A stretch of DNA of 42,871 nucleotides, from contig CP070696.1 of NCBI GenBank assembly GCA_020353535.1, positions 4,664,138 to 4,707,008 of the forward strand. The letters run 5' to 3'. The DNA is from Spirochaetaceae bacterium. GTDB taxonomy: Bacteria > Spirochaetota > Spirochaetia > SZUA-6 > DRHE01. Under the pieces are notes generated by a model, which ran no database searches, was not told the origin of the DNA, and was given only the letters and a program-made list of their open reading frames with translations. The position numbers were made by a program, and so were the translations under genes. Below are positions 9,688-18,888 of this stretch, in pieces; position 1 is the stretch's first letter, and the number at the start of each line of letters is the position of its first letter.

Positions 9688-11967
9688 ATGGAAGCGCGCT
9701 TGGAACGAATCAAACAGCGGCTGTTTGAGGAGTACTATCGGAAAAAGGAGTGGTGGGGCGACGAACTGAGCATCTTTGACGACGATCCCGCGGCCGGAGA
9801 GAAACCCCTGGTCGTGCGCAAGGCTCTGGCCATACAAAAGGTCTGCCGGGAGATTCCGATAGAGGTAAAATGCGACGAGCTGGTCGTGGGCATGTGCACC
9901 ATGTCCTCAGTGGGATTCGGCCATACCTTTCCCCGCTACGAAACCGATGAAGAGGCCGAAGCCTCTGCCAAGGTCTGCTTGAACAGGAAATCCGTCTGGG
10001 GACACCACAATCCCTACTATCCTGATATCCTCAAGCATGGACTGGAGGGCATCATTGCAAAAGCCCGCAACTACAAGGATAAGCTCAGCGCCGAGGATGT
10101 AGAGACCCGCAACTGGTACGAGGCGGTCATGCTGGCGCTTCAGGGCGCGGAGATTCTGGCCAAGAGGTACGCCGATTTGAGCGAGTACCTTGCCGGAGAG
10201 GCTGAGAGCGAAGAGCGCAAAGCCGAGCTGATGGAAATCGCCCGTATCTGCTGCAAGGTGCCGATGAAACCCGCCGAAAGTTTTCACGAGGCACTGCAGA
10301 GCGTCTGGCTGGTGCACGCCATCCTGCAGAGCACCCTGAACTACACCTCGATCGGCCGGGTCGATCAGTACCTGTTTCCGTATTACAAGCAAGACATCGA
10401 CAGCGGCAAGATTACAAAAAGCCAGGCCCGGGAACTGCTGGGCTCCTTTCTGGTCAAGTTCAATGAACGGGTGCAGCTCAACAATGATCACATCGAGGAT
10501 CACTTCACCTTCGGTGACTGGTCCCAGGGGGGAGATCCGGATCTGGAGACCACCCACCTGAAGATGTCCAACGACATGGACTATACCTACGGCCAGTCCT
10601 CCAATCACTGGCTGCAGAACTGCGTGGTAAGCGGCCTCACACCGGAGGGCAAGGACGGCACCAACGATCTGTCCTACCTTGTAATCGATCTGGTCAATGA
10701 GCTCGAGCTGATCGATCCGCTGGTTTCGGTTCGCCTGCATAAGGATTCTCCGGAAGGCATCGTAGAGATCACCGCCAAGTACCTGGCCAAGGGCGGCGCC
10801 CAGCCCACGGTGTTCAACGACGACACGGTGATCCCGGGAATGGTGCAGTATCAGGGAGTGAGCCTGGAAGATGCCCGGGACTACAGCAACGACGGCTGCT
10901 GGGAGACCATCCCCTACGGCCGAACCGAGTTCGGCTACGGGCATATCGAGATTCTCTTGAGCCTGGAGAGCCTGCTGAACCGAGGCAAGTCCCTGCTCAA
11001 CGGAAATCCCATCGGGCCGGATCTGGGATCTCTGTCCGAGTTCGACACCTTCGACAAGCTCTTCGAGGCCTTCACGCGCCAGGTCAAGGATCGCATCGAT
11101 ATTGCCGTGGACAACAAGCTGCGCTACTACGATGAGGTACACAAGATCGCACCGGTGCCCTTTCTCTCCGGTATTACCAAAGATTGTCTGGAAAAGGGCA
11201 AGGACATGACCCAGCGGGGTGCCCGCTATCGGCTGTACGCTCCCTTGATCACCGGTTTCTCCCACTGCATCGACAGCCTGGCGGCTATCAAAAAGGTCGT
11301 CTATGAGGAGAAGAAAGTAATCCTGGAGCAGTTGGTCGATGCCTTGCGGAGCAACTGGGATGGGCAGGAGCAGCTGCGCCAATACGTGCTCAACCGGGTG
11401 CCCAAATACGGCAATGACGACGACTACGTGGATGCCATCGGTACACGTTTTCTCACCTGGTACTGCGAATACTTCGACCAGTGGAACAGGAAGGTCGATT
11501 GGCTCACCTTTGCTCCGGGTGTTGGAACCTTCGAGAATTATCCCCGTCTGGGATATGTGTGCGGTGCCTCGGCGGACGGACGTCTGGCTCAAGCGCCCCT
11601 GGCTTCCAACTACTCTCCCTCCCTCGGATTGGATGTGAATGGACCGACCGCCGTCCTGAAATCGGCCACCAAGTTCGACCTGGGTCGTCTCAACGACGGC
11701 TGTCCCGTAGATATGCGCATGAACTTCAGCGATACCAACGGCGAGGGCAGGAAGATCCTCAAGGATTTCATCAGGAGCTTCGTCAGGCTCGGCGGCAATA
11801 TCCTGACCATCAGCAAGGTCAGCACAGAGACGCTGAGAGCGGCGCAGAGGGAGCCGGAGAAGTACGCCTCCTTGAGGGTCCGCCTGGGCGGATTGACCGC
11901 CTACTTCGTTCAGCTGTGTGAAACCCAGCAGAACGAGTTCATCCGGCGCACGGAACACAGCTTCTAG
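9688..11967 (+). CDS. Glycyl radical enzyme (PFL2/dehydratase-like superfamily), function unknown
   Basis: GRE landmarks SIGRVDQYLFPYY, PKYGNDDDYVD and GASADGR. Cys loop SNDGCWET (Cys404) and Gly loop LRVRLGGLTAYF (Gly735). GGAGG RBS supports ATG 9688. Confidence 0.93.
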   Translation: MEARLERIKQRLFEEYYRKKEWWGDELSIFDDDPAAGEKPLVVRKALAIQKVCREIPIEVKCDELVVGMCTMSSVGFGHTFPRYETDEEAEASAKVCLNRKSVWGHHNPYYPDILKHGLEGIIAKARNYKDKLSAEDVETRNWYEAVMLALQGAEILAKRYADLSEYLAGEAESEERKAELMEIARICCKVPMKPAESFHEALQSVWLVHAILQSTLNYTSIGRVDQYLFPYYKQDIDSGKITKSQARELLGSFLVKFNERVQLNNDHIEDHFTFGDWSQGGDPDLETTHLKMSNDMDYTYGQSSNHWLQNCVVSGLTPEGKDGTNDLSYLVIDLVNELELIDPLVSVRLHKDSPEGIVEITAKYLAKGGAQPTVFNDDTVIPGMVQYQGVSLEDARDYSNDGCWETIPYGRTEFGYGHIEILLSLESLLNRGKSLLNGNPIGPDLGSLSEFDTFDKLFEAFTRQVKDRIDIAVDNKLRYYDEVHKIAPVPFLSGITKDCLEKGKDMTQRGARYRLYAPLITGFSHCIDSLAAIKKVVYEEKKVILEQLVDALRSNWDGQEQLRQYVLNRVPKYGNDDDYVDAIGTRFLTWYCEYFDQWNRKVDWLTFAPGVGTFENYPRLGYVCGASADGRLAQAPLASNYSPSLGLDVNGPTAVLKSATKFDLGRLNDGCPVDMRMNFSDTNGEGRKILKDFIRSFVRLGGNILTISKVSTETLRAAQREPEKYASLRVRLGGLTAYFVQLCETQQNEFIRRTEHSF

Positions 11968-11968
11968 G

Positions 11969-12880
11969 GTGCGGAGCGATTTGCAGGGCTTAGTCTTCGA
12001 CATTCAACGCTTCTCGATCCACGACGGTCCGGGAATCCGAACACTGGTGTTCATGAAGGGCTGTCCGCTGCGCTGTTCCTGGTGCAGCAACCCGGAGAGT
12101 CAGCAGGCTAAACCGGAGATCATGTACTTCGAGGAGAAGTGCATCCACTGCGGCGCCTGCCTGGAGGCCTGCCCGTACGGGGAGGTGCTGGAGGAGAACT
12201 GGCCCGTGGCAACGGAGCTCTGTTACGGCTGCGGCAGCTGCGTGGAGGTTTGTTATGCCGAGGCTCGAAAGCTGGTAGGCCGCTGGTATACGGTAGAGCA
12301 GGTGTCCGATATCGTAGAGAGGGACAGGGTGTTCTATGAAGAGTCGGGAGGCGGTATGACCGTCGGCGGAGGAGAGCCAATGTTTCAGGCTGCCTTTGTC
12401 GCCGGCCTCCTGCAGACCTGCCGCCGGCGGGGCATCCACACGGCCATAGAGACCTGCGGCTTCACCCCGTGGAAAACCATGAGCAAGGTACTCGAACATA
12501 CGGATCTGCTCCTAATGGATATCAAGCACATGGACAGCCAGACGCACAAGAAACATACCGGCGTGGGGAATGAACGCATCCTGGAAAATGCCCGCAAGGC
12601 GGCTGATGTGGTGGGAGAGATGGTGGTGCGTCTACCCCTGATTCCCGATTTCAACGATGGGCATGAGAACATCCGTGCCCTCGGGAGGTTCGTGGCTGAG
12701 CAGCTGCCGGCGGTGCAGCGGATCGACGTGCTTCCCTACCACTCCACGGGGGAGTCGAAGAGCAAAAGGCTGGGCAGACCCTATACCCTCCCCGGACTCA
12801 AGCCCCAATCCCGTGAAAAAGTGGATGCCGTAGAGCAAATTTTGCAGTCCTATGGAATAAAGATTAGAATAGGTGGTTGA
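11969..12880 (+). CDS. Glycyl-radical enzyme activating enzyme (radical SAM) with 2x[4Fe-4S] ferredoxin insert
   Basis: FSIHDGPGIRT, KGCPLRCSWCSNPE (CX3CX2C), insert CIHCGACLEACP / CYGCGSCVEVC, GGGEP, LPYH. Start GTG 11969 (TTG 11981 is an alternative). Confidence 0.94.
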   Translation: MRSDLQGLVFDIQRFSIHDGPGIRTLVFMKGCPLRCSWCSNPESQQAKPEIMYFEEKCIHCGACLEACPYGEVLEENWPVATELCYGCGSCVEVCYAEARKLVGRWYTVEQVSDIVERDRVFYEESGGGMTVGGGEPMFQAAFVAGLLQTCRRRGIHTAIETCGFTPWKTMSKVLEHTDLLLMDIKHMDSQTHKKHTGVGNERILENARKAADVVGEMVVRLPLIPDFNDGHENIRALGRFVAEQLPAVQRIDVLPYHSTGESKSKRLGRPYTLPGLKPQSREKVDAVEQILQSYGIKIRIGG

Positions 12881-12897
12881 TTTTTTTTCAAATTTAT

Positions 12898-12910
12898 ATT
12901 ATCAGACAAT
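12898..12910. promoter_or_regulatory. Putative FadR-family operator, copy 4
   Basis: ATTATCAGACAAT, one mismatch from ATTGTCAGACAAT, in the AT-rich gap between the activase and dehydrogenase genes. Confidence 0.62.
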
Positions 12911-12951
12911 CTGAATTAAAGAGTGAACGTCTGTGCCGAAGGAGGGTGATC

Positions 12952-14142
12952 ATGAACGCAATCAGAGTTGGTGTAATCGGGGGCGGATTCATCGGCAAGA
13001 TCCACATCGAAGCGCTGCGGCGCCTCGGCTACGTCGAGGTCGCCGCCATCGTTTCCAGAAAGCAGGAAACCGCCGAGGCTCAGGCCAAAGAGCTTTCGAT
13101 TCCAAAAGCCTACAGCAAGTACGAAGACCTGTTCAACGACAAAGATATCGATGTAGTACACCTGACTACGGTCAACAGCCTTCACTACCCCTTGGCCAAG
13201 CAAGCCATGCAGAAGGGAAAGCATGTATTGTGCGAAAAACCCTTGGCCATGAACAGCAAGGAAGCGGTGGAACTGCTCAAGATCGCCCGACAGCAGAAGA
13301 TCGTGCACGCCATCTGCCACAACATGCGCTACTATCCCCTGGTCAAACAGGCCCGGGCCATGGTGCGTGCCGGAGAAGCCGGAGAGGTCCGCTTGATCCA
13401 CGGGCACTACCTGCAGGATTGGTTGTTTCTGGCCACCGATTACAACTGGCGCCTTATCTCCAGCTTGAGCGGCGGTTCCCGGGCCGTGGCCGATATCGGC
13501 ACCCACTGGCTGGATATGGTCCAGCACATCACCGGACAGAAAGTAACCGCGGTCAGCGCAGATCTGACCACCTTCATCCCGGTGCGCAAGAAGCCAAAGG
13601 TGGAGGCGGCTACCTACGTCGTACAGGAGCTGAAGCCCGAGGACTATGAAGATGCAAAAATCGACACCGAAGACCACGGCACGGTGGTGTTGAAATTTTC
13701 AGGCGGAGCCAAGGGCGTCCTGGTTGTCTGTCAGGTCTGTGCGGGCCGTAAGAACTACATCCACTTCGAGATCAACGGTTCCAAGAAAACCCTCGATTGG
13801 AACGGGCAGGAGCCGAATACGATGTGGGTCGGACAGCGGGGAGAGCTGAACGGCGAGTTTATCAAGGATCCGGCGATGTTCCATCCCGATGCAGCCCGCT
13901 ACGCCGGTGCCCCCTGCGGTCTGGGCGAGGGTTATCTGGACACCTTTAAGAATATCTTCTCGGATTTCTATTCCTGGATCCGGGAGGGCAAAGCCATGAA
14001 CGAGGAGAAGGTTGCCTTTCCGACCTTTGTGACCGGGCTGCAGGAATTGCTGCTGGTGGACGCCATTTTGGAAAGCAACGCCAAGAAAGGGCAGTGGGTC
14101 GAGGTGAGCTATCGGGATGGAGCCGAAGCGGAGTACCGCTAG
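12952..14142 (+). CDS. Gfo/Idh/MocA family NAD(P)-dependent oxidoreductase
   Basis: GVIGGGFIG, HVLCEKPLA and ADIGTHWLD motifs. AAGGAGG RBS before ATG 12952. Confidence 0.92.
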   Translation: MNAIRVGVIGGGFIGKIHIEALRRLGYVEVAAIVSRKQETAEAQAKELSIPKAYSKYEDLFNDKDIDVVHLTTVNSLHYPLAKQAMQKGKHVLCEKPLAMNSKEAVELLKIARQQKIVHAICHNMRYYPLVKQARAMVRAGEAGEVRLIHGHYLQDWLFLATDYNWRLISSLSGGSRAVADIGTHWLDMVQHITGQKVTAVSADLTTFIPVRKKPKVEAATYVVQELKPEDYEDAKIDTEDHGTVVLKFSGGAKGVLVVCQVCAGRKNYIHFEINGSKKTLDWNGQEPNTMWVGQRGELNGEFIKDPAMFHPDAARYAGAPCGLGEGYLDTFKNIFSDFYSWIREGKAMNEEKVAFPTFVTGLQELLLVDAILESNAKKGQWVEVSYRDGAEAEYR

Positions 14143-14226
14143 AGGCTCTGCGGTTTGTTCGGCTTTTGCTCGAGCTTTTGCTCAAACATACGCCTGACGG
14201 TTGAAATATCTGCATAGGAGGAACAG

Positions 14227-16077
14227 ATGAAAGCAAAAGGATATTTTGGGAAAATTCTACGGGTCGATTTGTCGAGCGGAGAAATCCGAACCGACGAGCT
14301 GGATGAACAGGCGGCGGAGACCTTCATCGGCGGCAATGGTCTGGGCACGAAGATTCTTTTCGAAGAAACAGCGGCGGACACCGATCCCCTGGGGCCAGAG
14401 AATCCGCTGATCTTTGCAGTCGGACCGCTGACCGGCACCAAGCTGTTCAATTCCGATCGTTTTGACGTAGTAGCAAAATCTCCGCTGACCGGGATCTATG
14501 GGGAAGCGAGCGCCGGTGGCTACTGGGGTGCCAAGTTCAAACGCTGCGGCTTCGACGCCCTGGTTGTGAAAGGAAAAGCGGATAAGCCCGTATACCTGTA
14601 TATAGAAAACGACAAGGCCGAGCTCCGGGACGCCGGGCATCTCTGGGGCAAAGAGACCTTTGAGACCATAGACAGACTTCAAGACGAACACGGAGAGACC
14701 GTGAAGGCCGTGATCATCGGTCCGGCCGGGGAAAATCAGGTGCGGGTGGCCAATATGATCACAGACGGATACCACGGGCGCGCGGTAGGCCGCTGCGGAT
14801 TTGGGGCTGTCATGGGCTCGAAGAACCTGAAGGCCGTGGCCGTGAACGGCAGCAGGGAGGTCCCCGTCGCTGATCCTGAAAGCTTCAAGGCCCTGCAGAA
14901 GAGGCTGGGACCGATCATGCGGGAAGGTCCCCAGGCCCTGCGAGAAGGCGGAACCAGCGTCGGTACCGAGTTCTGCAATGAGATCGGCAACATGCCCGTA
15001 AAGAACTGGAAACAGGGATCCTTCGCCGAGGGGGCCAAGAAGCTCACCGGCATGACTCTGGTCGAAACCCTGTTGAAGGATCGCTATCACTGCGGCAGCT
15101 GCGTGATCAACTGCGGCCGGGTCGTGGAAGCGGCGGACGGGCCCTACAAGGGCAAGCTCACCGCCGGTACGGAATACGAGACCGTGGGCCTGATGGGTAC
15201 GAACCTGTTGGTTGGGGACCTGCCCACCGTGCTCAAAGCCAATCAGCTCTGCAACCGCTACGGTTTGGACACCATTTCCACGGGAAGCGTGATTGGTTTC
15301 GCCATGGAAGCCTGGGAGCGGGGATTGATCGGTGCCAAGGACACAGGCGGTGTAGAGCTGACCTGGGGCAGCGGTCCGGCTTTGCTGAAAATGATCGAGC
15401 AGATCGCCTTCAAAAAGGATATCGGAGCCGTGTTAGAGGGAGGGGTTAAACGAGCCGCGGCCAAGATCGGCGGAGAGGCCAGGGACTTCGCCTTGGAAGT
15501 GAAGGGTCTGGAGCCGCCGGCCCACGATCCCCGGGCCAAGATGACCATAGCCGTGGGCTACGCCACCTCCAACCGGGGCGCCTGCCATTTGGCGGCCTTC
15601 ACCCACGATTTCGAGGAAGGGGCCTCTATAGATGATCTGGGGCTGCCCGTGCTCAAAGATCGCTTCAATACCGAGGGCAAGGCGGAGAACGTCGTGGTAA
15701 TGCAGCATCTGATGACCATGTTCGACAGCCTGGTCTGCTGCAAGTTCGGACTGTTCGGAGGGCTGACCGTGGATCCGTTGATCGAAGCGCTGAACGCCGT
15801 GACGGGCTGGAGCTTCGACAGGAAGCGTTTCTTCAAGACAGGAGAACGGATCTTCAACCTCAAGAGGCTGTACAACAACAGGTTGGGAATCGGAGCCAAA
15901 GACGACGTTCTGCCTAAGCGCATGCGTCACGAAATCAAGGGCGGAGGTACGGAGGATCATCTGCCGCCTCTGGAGGCGATGATGAAGGAGTACTACAAGC
16001 TGCGGAGCTGGAATCCGGCTACCGGAGTGCCGGAAAAGAGGAAGATCGAGGAGCTGGGACTGACCGCCTACGCCTGA
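14227..16077 (+). CDS. aor: Aldehyde:ferredoxin oxidoreductase (AOR family, probably W-pterin)
   Basis: KSPLTG, GRCGFGAVMGSKNLKA, CGSCVINC, EYET, GLDTISTG, HDPR and NRGACH motifs. Confidence 0.93.
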   Translation: MKAKGYFGKILRVDLSSGEIRTDELDEQAAETFIGGNGLGTKILFEETAADTDPLGPENPLIFAVGPLTGTKLFNSDRFDVVAKSPLTGIYGEASAGGYWGAKFKRCGFDALVVKGKADKPVYLYIENDKAELRDAGHLWGKETFETIDRLQDEHGETVKAVIIGPAGENQVRVANMITDGYHGRAVGRCGFGAVMGSKNLKAVAVNGSREVPVADPESFKALQKRLGPIMREGPQALREGGTSVGTEFCNEIGNMPVKNWKQGSFAEGAKKLTGMTLVETLLKDRYHCGSCVINCGRVVEAADGPYKGKLTAGTEYETVGLMGTNLLVGDLPTVLKANQLCNRYGLDTISTGSVIGFAMEAWERGLIGAKDTGGVELTWGSGPALLKMIEQIAFKKDIGAVLEGGVKRAAAKIGGEARDFALEVKGLEPPAHDPRAKMTIAVGYATSNRGACHLAAFTHDFEEGASIDDLGLPVLKDRFNTEGKAENVVVMQHLMTMFDSLVCCKFGLFGGLTVDPLIEALNAVTGWSFDRKRFFKTGERIFNLKRLYNNRLGIGAKDDVLPKRMRHEIKGGGTEDHLPPLEAMMKEYYKLRSWNPATGVPEKRKIEELGLTAYA

Positions 16078-16120
16078 AGCGTTTCCTCCTCTACAGCCGC
16101 AGAAAAAAGGTAGTCGATTT

Positions 16121-16393
16121 ATGGCCAGAGTGTTCATTGCCGAGCCGTTTCGCCGCCTGGCCGGAGGGCGGGAATGGCAGGACGTCGCGGGCAGCACCCT
16201 CATGGAGGTCCTGACCCGATTGACGGTGGAGAATCCCGGCTTGAGGGACAAGTTGCTCCTGCCGGATGGCAATCCGAGGGCCCACTTTCTGATCTATCTG
16301 AATGACAGGGTAATCCGCAGAGAGAATTTGAAGGAGACCCCCGTCCAGGCGAATTCGGAGGTGAAGATATTCACGGTGCTGGCAGGTGGATAG
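16121..16393 (+). CDS. moaD: MoaD/ThiS ubiquitin-like sulfur carrier
   Basis: 90 aa with C-terminal LAGG, directly downstream of aor (a typical aor-moaD pairing). Confidence 0.85.
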   Translation: MARVFIAEPFRRLAGGREWQDVAGSTLMEVLTRLTVENPGLRDKLLLPDGNPRAHFLIYLNDRVIRRENLKETPVQANSEVKIFTVLAGG

Positions 16394-16421
16394 AGACTCA
16401 CAGTATAAGAAGGGATAACCT

Positions 16422-18086
16422 ATGCCGAAGATGACCGGGGCACAGTACATCGCAGCGACGCTTGAAGCCTACGGTATAACCCACGTGTTCTACGTGGAAG
16501 CGATACTGCGCAGAACCCTCGTGGAAATGGAAAAGCTGGGCATCAAGAGGATCCTGGCCCACTCAGAGAAGGCCGCCGCCTACATGGCGGACGGATTCGC
16601 CAGAGCGGGACTGCGGCCTGCGGTGTGCATGGCCCAATCCGTGGGCGCGGCCAACCTGGCCGCCGGGCTCCAGGACGCCCGCCTGGGACATGCCCCGATC
16701 CTGGCCTTTACAGGACGCAAACCCCCGCTGTTCCAGTACCGCAATGCCTACCAGGAGATCCTGCACAACACCATGTTCGAAGCGGTAACCAAGTACAATG
16801 CGGAGGTCCACACCCTCGAGCAGGTTCCCCACCTGTTGGCCCAGGCCTTCCGAGAGGCCACGACCGGTACGCCGGCTCCGGTGCATCTGGATTTTCTCGG
16901 TTATGAGGGAAACTTCACGGATGAGGCGGAGGCGGAGCTCAACGTTCTCTGTGAGCCCGAGTACACCCGCATCCCGGCCAGGCGGCCGCACCCGGATCCC
17001 CGGGAGATCGAGACGGCCGCTCAAAGCCTGCGCAAAGCGGAGCGTCCGGTTCTGGTGGTGGGCCGGGGCGCGGTGGTCTCCGCAGCCGGAGCGGAGGTTC
17101 GCAAGCTCGCTGAAACCTTGAGCATTCCCGTGGCCTTCTCCATGGACGGGAAGGGCCTGATTCCCGACGATCATCCGCTTTCGGTAGGAGCCGTAGGAAC
17201 CTACTGCCGTCCCTGCGCCAACAGGACCGTGGCTGAAGCGGATCTGGTGTTCTTCATAGGCTGTGGCACAGGGGATCAGGTCACCAAGAACTGGACCTTA
17301 CCCGCGGCAGGAACAGCGGTGATTCAGCTGGACATCAATGCGGCGGAGATCGGACGCAACTATCCGGGGACGATCGGGATTCTCGGGGACGCCCGGATCG
17401 CCTTGGAACAGCTCAATCAGGCGATCTCCGCCAGGGTGAACAAGGAATCCTGGAGCCGTACGGTGCAGGGTTACGTAAGGGAATACCTCGAAAAGATCGA
17501 ATCCCTCTGCGGCTCCGCCGCCTCCCCCATACGGACCGAGTGTCTGTGCCGGCGGATCAGCGAAGCCCTGCCCGACAATGCCGTGGTGGTAGCCGACACC
17601 GGCTACTCCGCCATCTGGGCCGGGACCCTGATCGACATCACTAAATCGGAGCAGAAATACCTAAGAGCCTCCGGCTCCCTCGGGTGGGCCTTTCCCGCCG
17701 CCTTGGGCGCCAAGTGCGCGCTGCCTGAGCAGCCGGTGATCTGCTTCTCTGGTGACGGGGCTTTCTGGTATCACCTCTGCGAGCTGGAAACCGCGGTACG
17801 GCGAAACATCCCCACGGTCACGATCATCAACAACAACAGCGTGCTTGGTCAGAGCCAGCTGGGTATCCGCCGGGCTTATCGTGATGATGAAGGGCGGGAA
17901 CAGGAGCAGTACCGCTTCCAGGATACCGACTTTGCCAGGCTGGCCGAGGATCTCGGCGCCTTGGGAATCCGGGTGGAAAAGGCCGAAGAGATCGCACCGG
18001 CTGTCCGTCGGGCCATAGAGGAGAACCGGCCAGCGGTGGTGGACGTGGCTACAGAAGCGGAATGCCACCCGCTGTTGACCTGGTAA
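16422..18086 (+). CDS. ThDP-dependent enzyme, acetolactate synthase/decarboxylase-like family
   Basis: HSEKAAAYMADG (catalytic Glu), GSLGW, and the ThDP motif SGDGAF...INNN. Confidence 0.88.
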   Translation: MPKMTGAQYIAATLEAYGITHVFYVEAILRRTLVEMEKLGIKRILAHSEKAAAYMADGFARAGLRPAVCMAQSVGAANLAAGLQDARLGHAPILAFTGRKPPLFQYRNAYQEILHNTMFEAVTKYNAEVHTLEQVPHLLAQAFREATTGTPAPVHLDFLGYEGNFTDEAEAELNVLCEPEYTRIPARRPHPDPREIETAAQSLRKAERPVLVVGRGAVVSAAGAEVRKLAETLSIPVAFSMDGKGLIPDDHPLSVGAVGTYCRPCANRTVAEADLVFFIGCGTGDQVTKNWTLPAAGTAVIQLDINAAEIGRNYPGTIGILGDARIALEQLNQAISARVNKESWSRTVQGYVREYLEKIESLCGSAASPIRTECLCRRISEALPDNAVVVADTGYSAIWAGTLIDITKSEQKYLRASGSLGWAFPAALGAKCALPEQPVICFSGDGAFWYHLCELETAVRRNIPTVTIINNNSVLGQSQLGIRRAYRDDEGREQEQYRFQDTDFARLAEDLGALGIRVEKAEEIAPAVRRAIEENRPAVVDVATEAECHPLLTW

Positions 18087-18105
18087 CGTCGAGGAGCACA
18101 GGGCG

Positions 18106-18873
18106 ATGGACTATAAGAAGATATTCGATTTGACGGGAAGAGCGGCAGTCGTGACCGGGGCGAGCAGCGGCATCGGCAGGGCGATCGCCCTGGGCCTGGC
18201 CGCTCACGGCGCGGACGTTCTGGTGGCCGGACGGAATCCGCAGCGTACCGCGGAAACCGCCGAACAGGTGGCGGCTTTGGGCAGGAGGTCTATCGCCTTC
18301 GAGCTCGAGGTATCCAGCAGGGACAGTGCCCAGGCCATGGCGGTTCGGGCAATATCAGAGTTCGGGCATATCGATATCCTGGTCAACAGCGCAGGCATGA
18401 ACATCCGCAAGCTTATTCTTGAGATCCATGACGAGGACTGGGATCCCGTGCTCACGGTAAACCTGAAGGGGACCCTATACTGCTGTCAGGCAGTGGGGCG
18501 CTACATGGTCGAGCAGAAACACGGCAAGATACTGAACGTGGCCTCGATCTCCTCGAAGCTGGGGCACCCCGCCCGGGGAGCCTACGCTTCCAGCAAGGGT
18601 GGATTGATACAGCTGACCAAGGTAATGGCTACCGAATGGGCTCCCTATAACGTCTGCGTCAACGCCATTTCTCCGGCCGCTGTAGATACCCCGTTCATCA
18701 GCGGCTTGAAGAAGGATCGCCAGCGGTTGGACAGGGAACTGGAGCGCATTCCCCTGGGCAGAATTGCCACGCCGGATGATGTGGTCGGAGCGGCTGTATT
18801 TCTTGTTTCTGCGGCCTCGGACTTCATTACCGGGCACAACCTGATCATCGACGGCGGGCGCACCGTAGACTGA
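18106..18873 (+). CDS. SDR oxidoreductase (gluconate 5-dehydrogenase/KduD-like)
   Basis: TGASSGIG, VNSAG, YASSK and ITGHNLIIDGG motifs. Confidence 0.9.
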   Translation: MDYKKIFDLTGRAAVVTGASSGIGRAIALGLAAHGADVLVAGRNPQRTAETAEQVAALGRRSIAFELEVSSRDSAQAMAVRAISEFGHIDILVNSAGMNIRKLILEIHDEDWDPVLTVNLKGTLYCCQAVGRYMVEQKHGKILNVASISSKLGHPARGAYASSKGGLIQLTKVMATEWAPYNVCVNAISPAAVDTPFISGLKKDRQRLDRELERIPLGRIATPDDVVGAAVFLVSAASDFITGHNLIIDGGRTVD

Positions 18874-18888
18874 GGGAGGGAAGGTCTC

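Noticed and set aside
9688-11967. Calling the GRE pyruvate formate-lyase (pflB) or choline TMA-lyase (cutC)
   Set aside because: No Cys-Cys pair, no GCVEP, a long-type activase and no BMC genes.
9907-12003. 698-aa antisense ORF over the GRE
   Set aside because: Shadow ORF from GC3-biased codon usage; no recognisable motifs, while the sense gene has all GRE landmarks.
14152-14187. GCTTTTGCTC direct repeat upstream of aor as a Mo/W-responsive element or riboswitch
   Set aside because: Only two 10-bp copies in an 84-nt gap; no recognisable ModE/TunR palindrome or Moco/Wco riboswitch structure.
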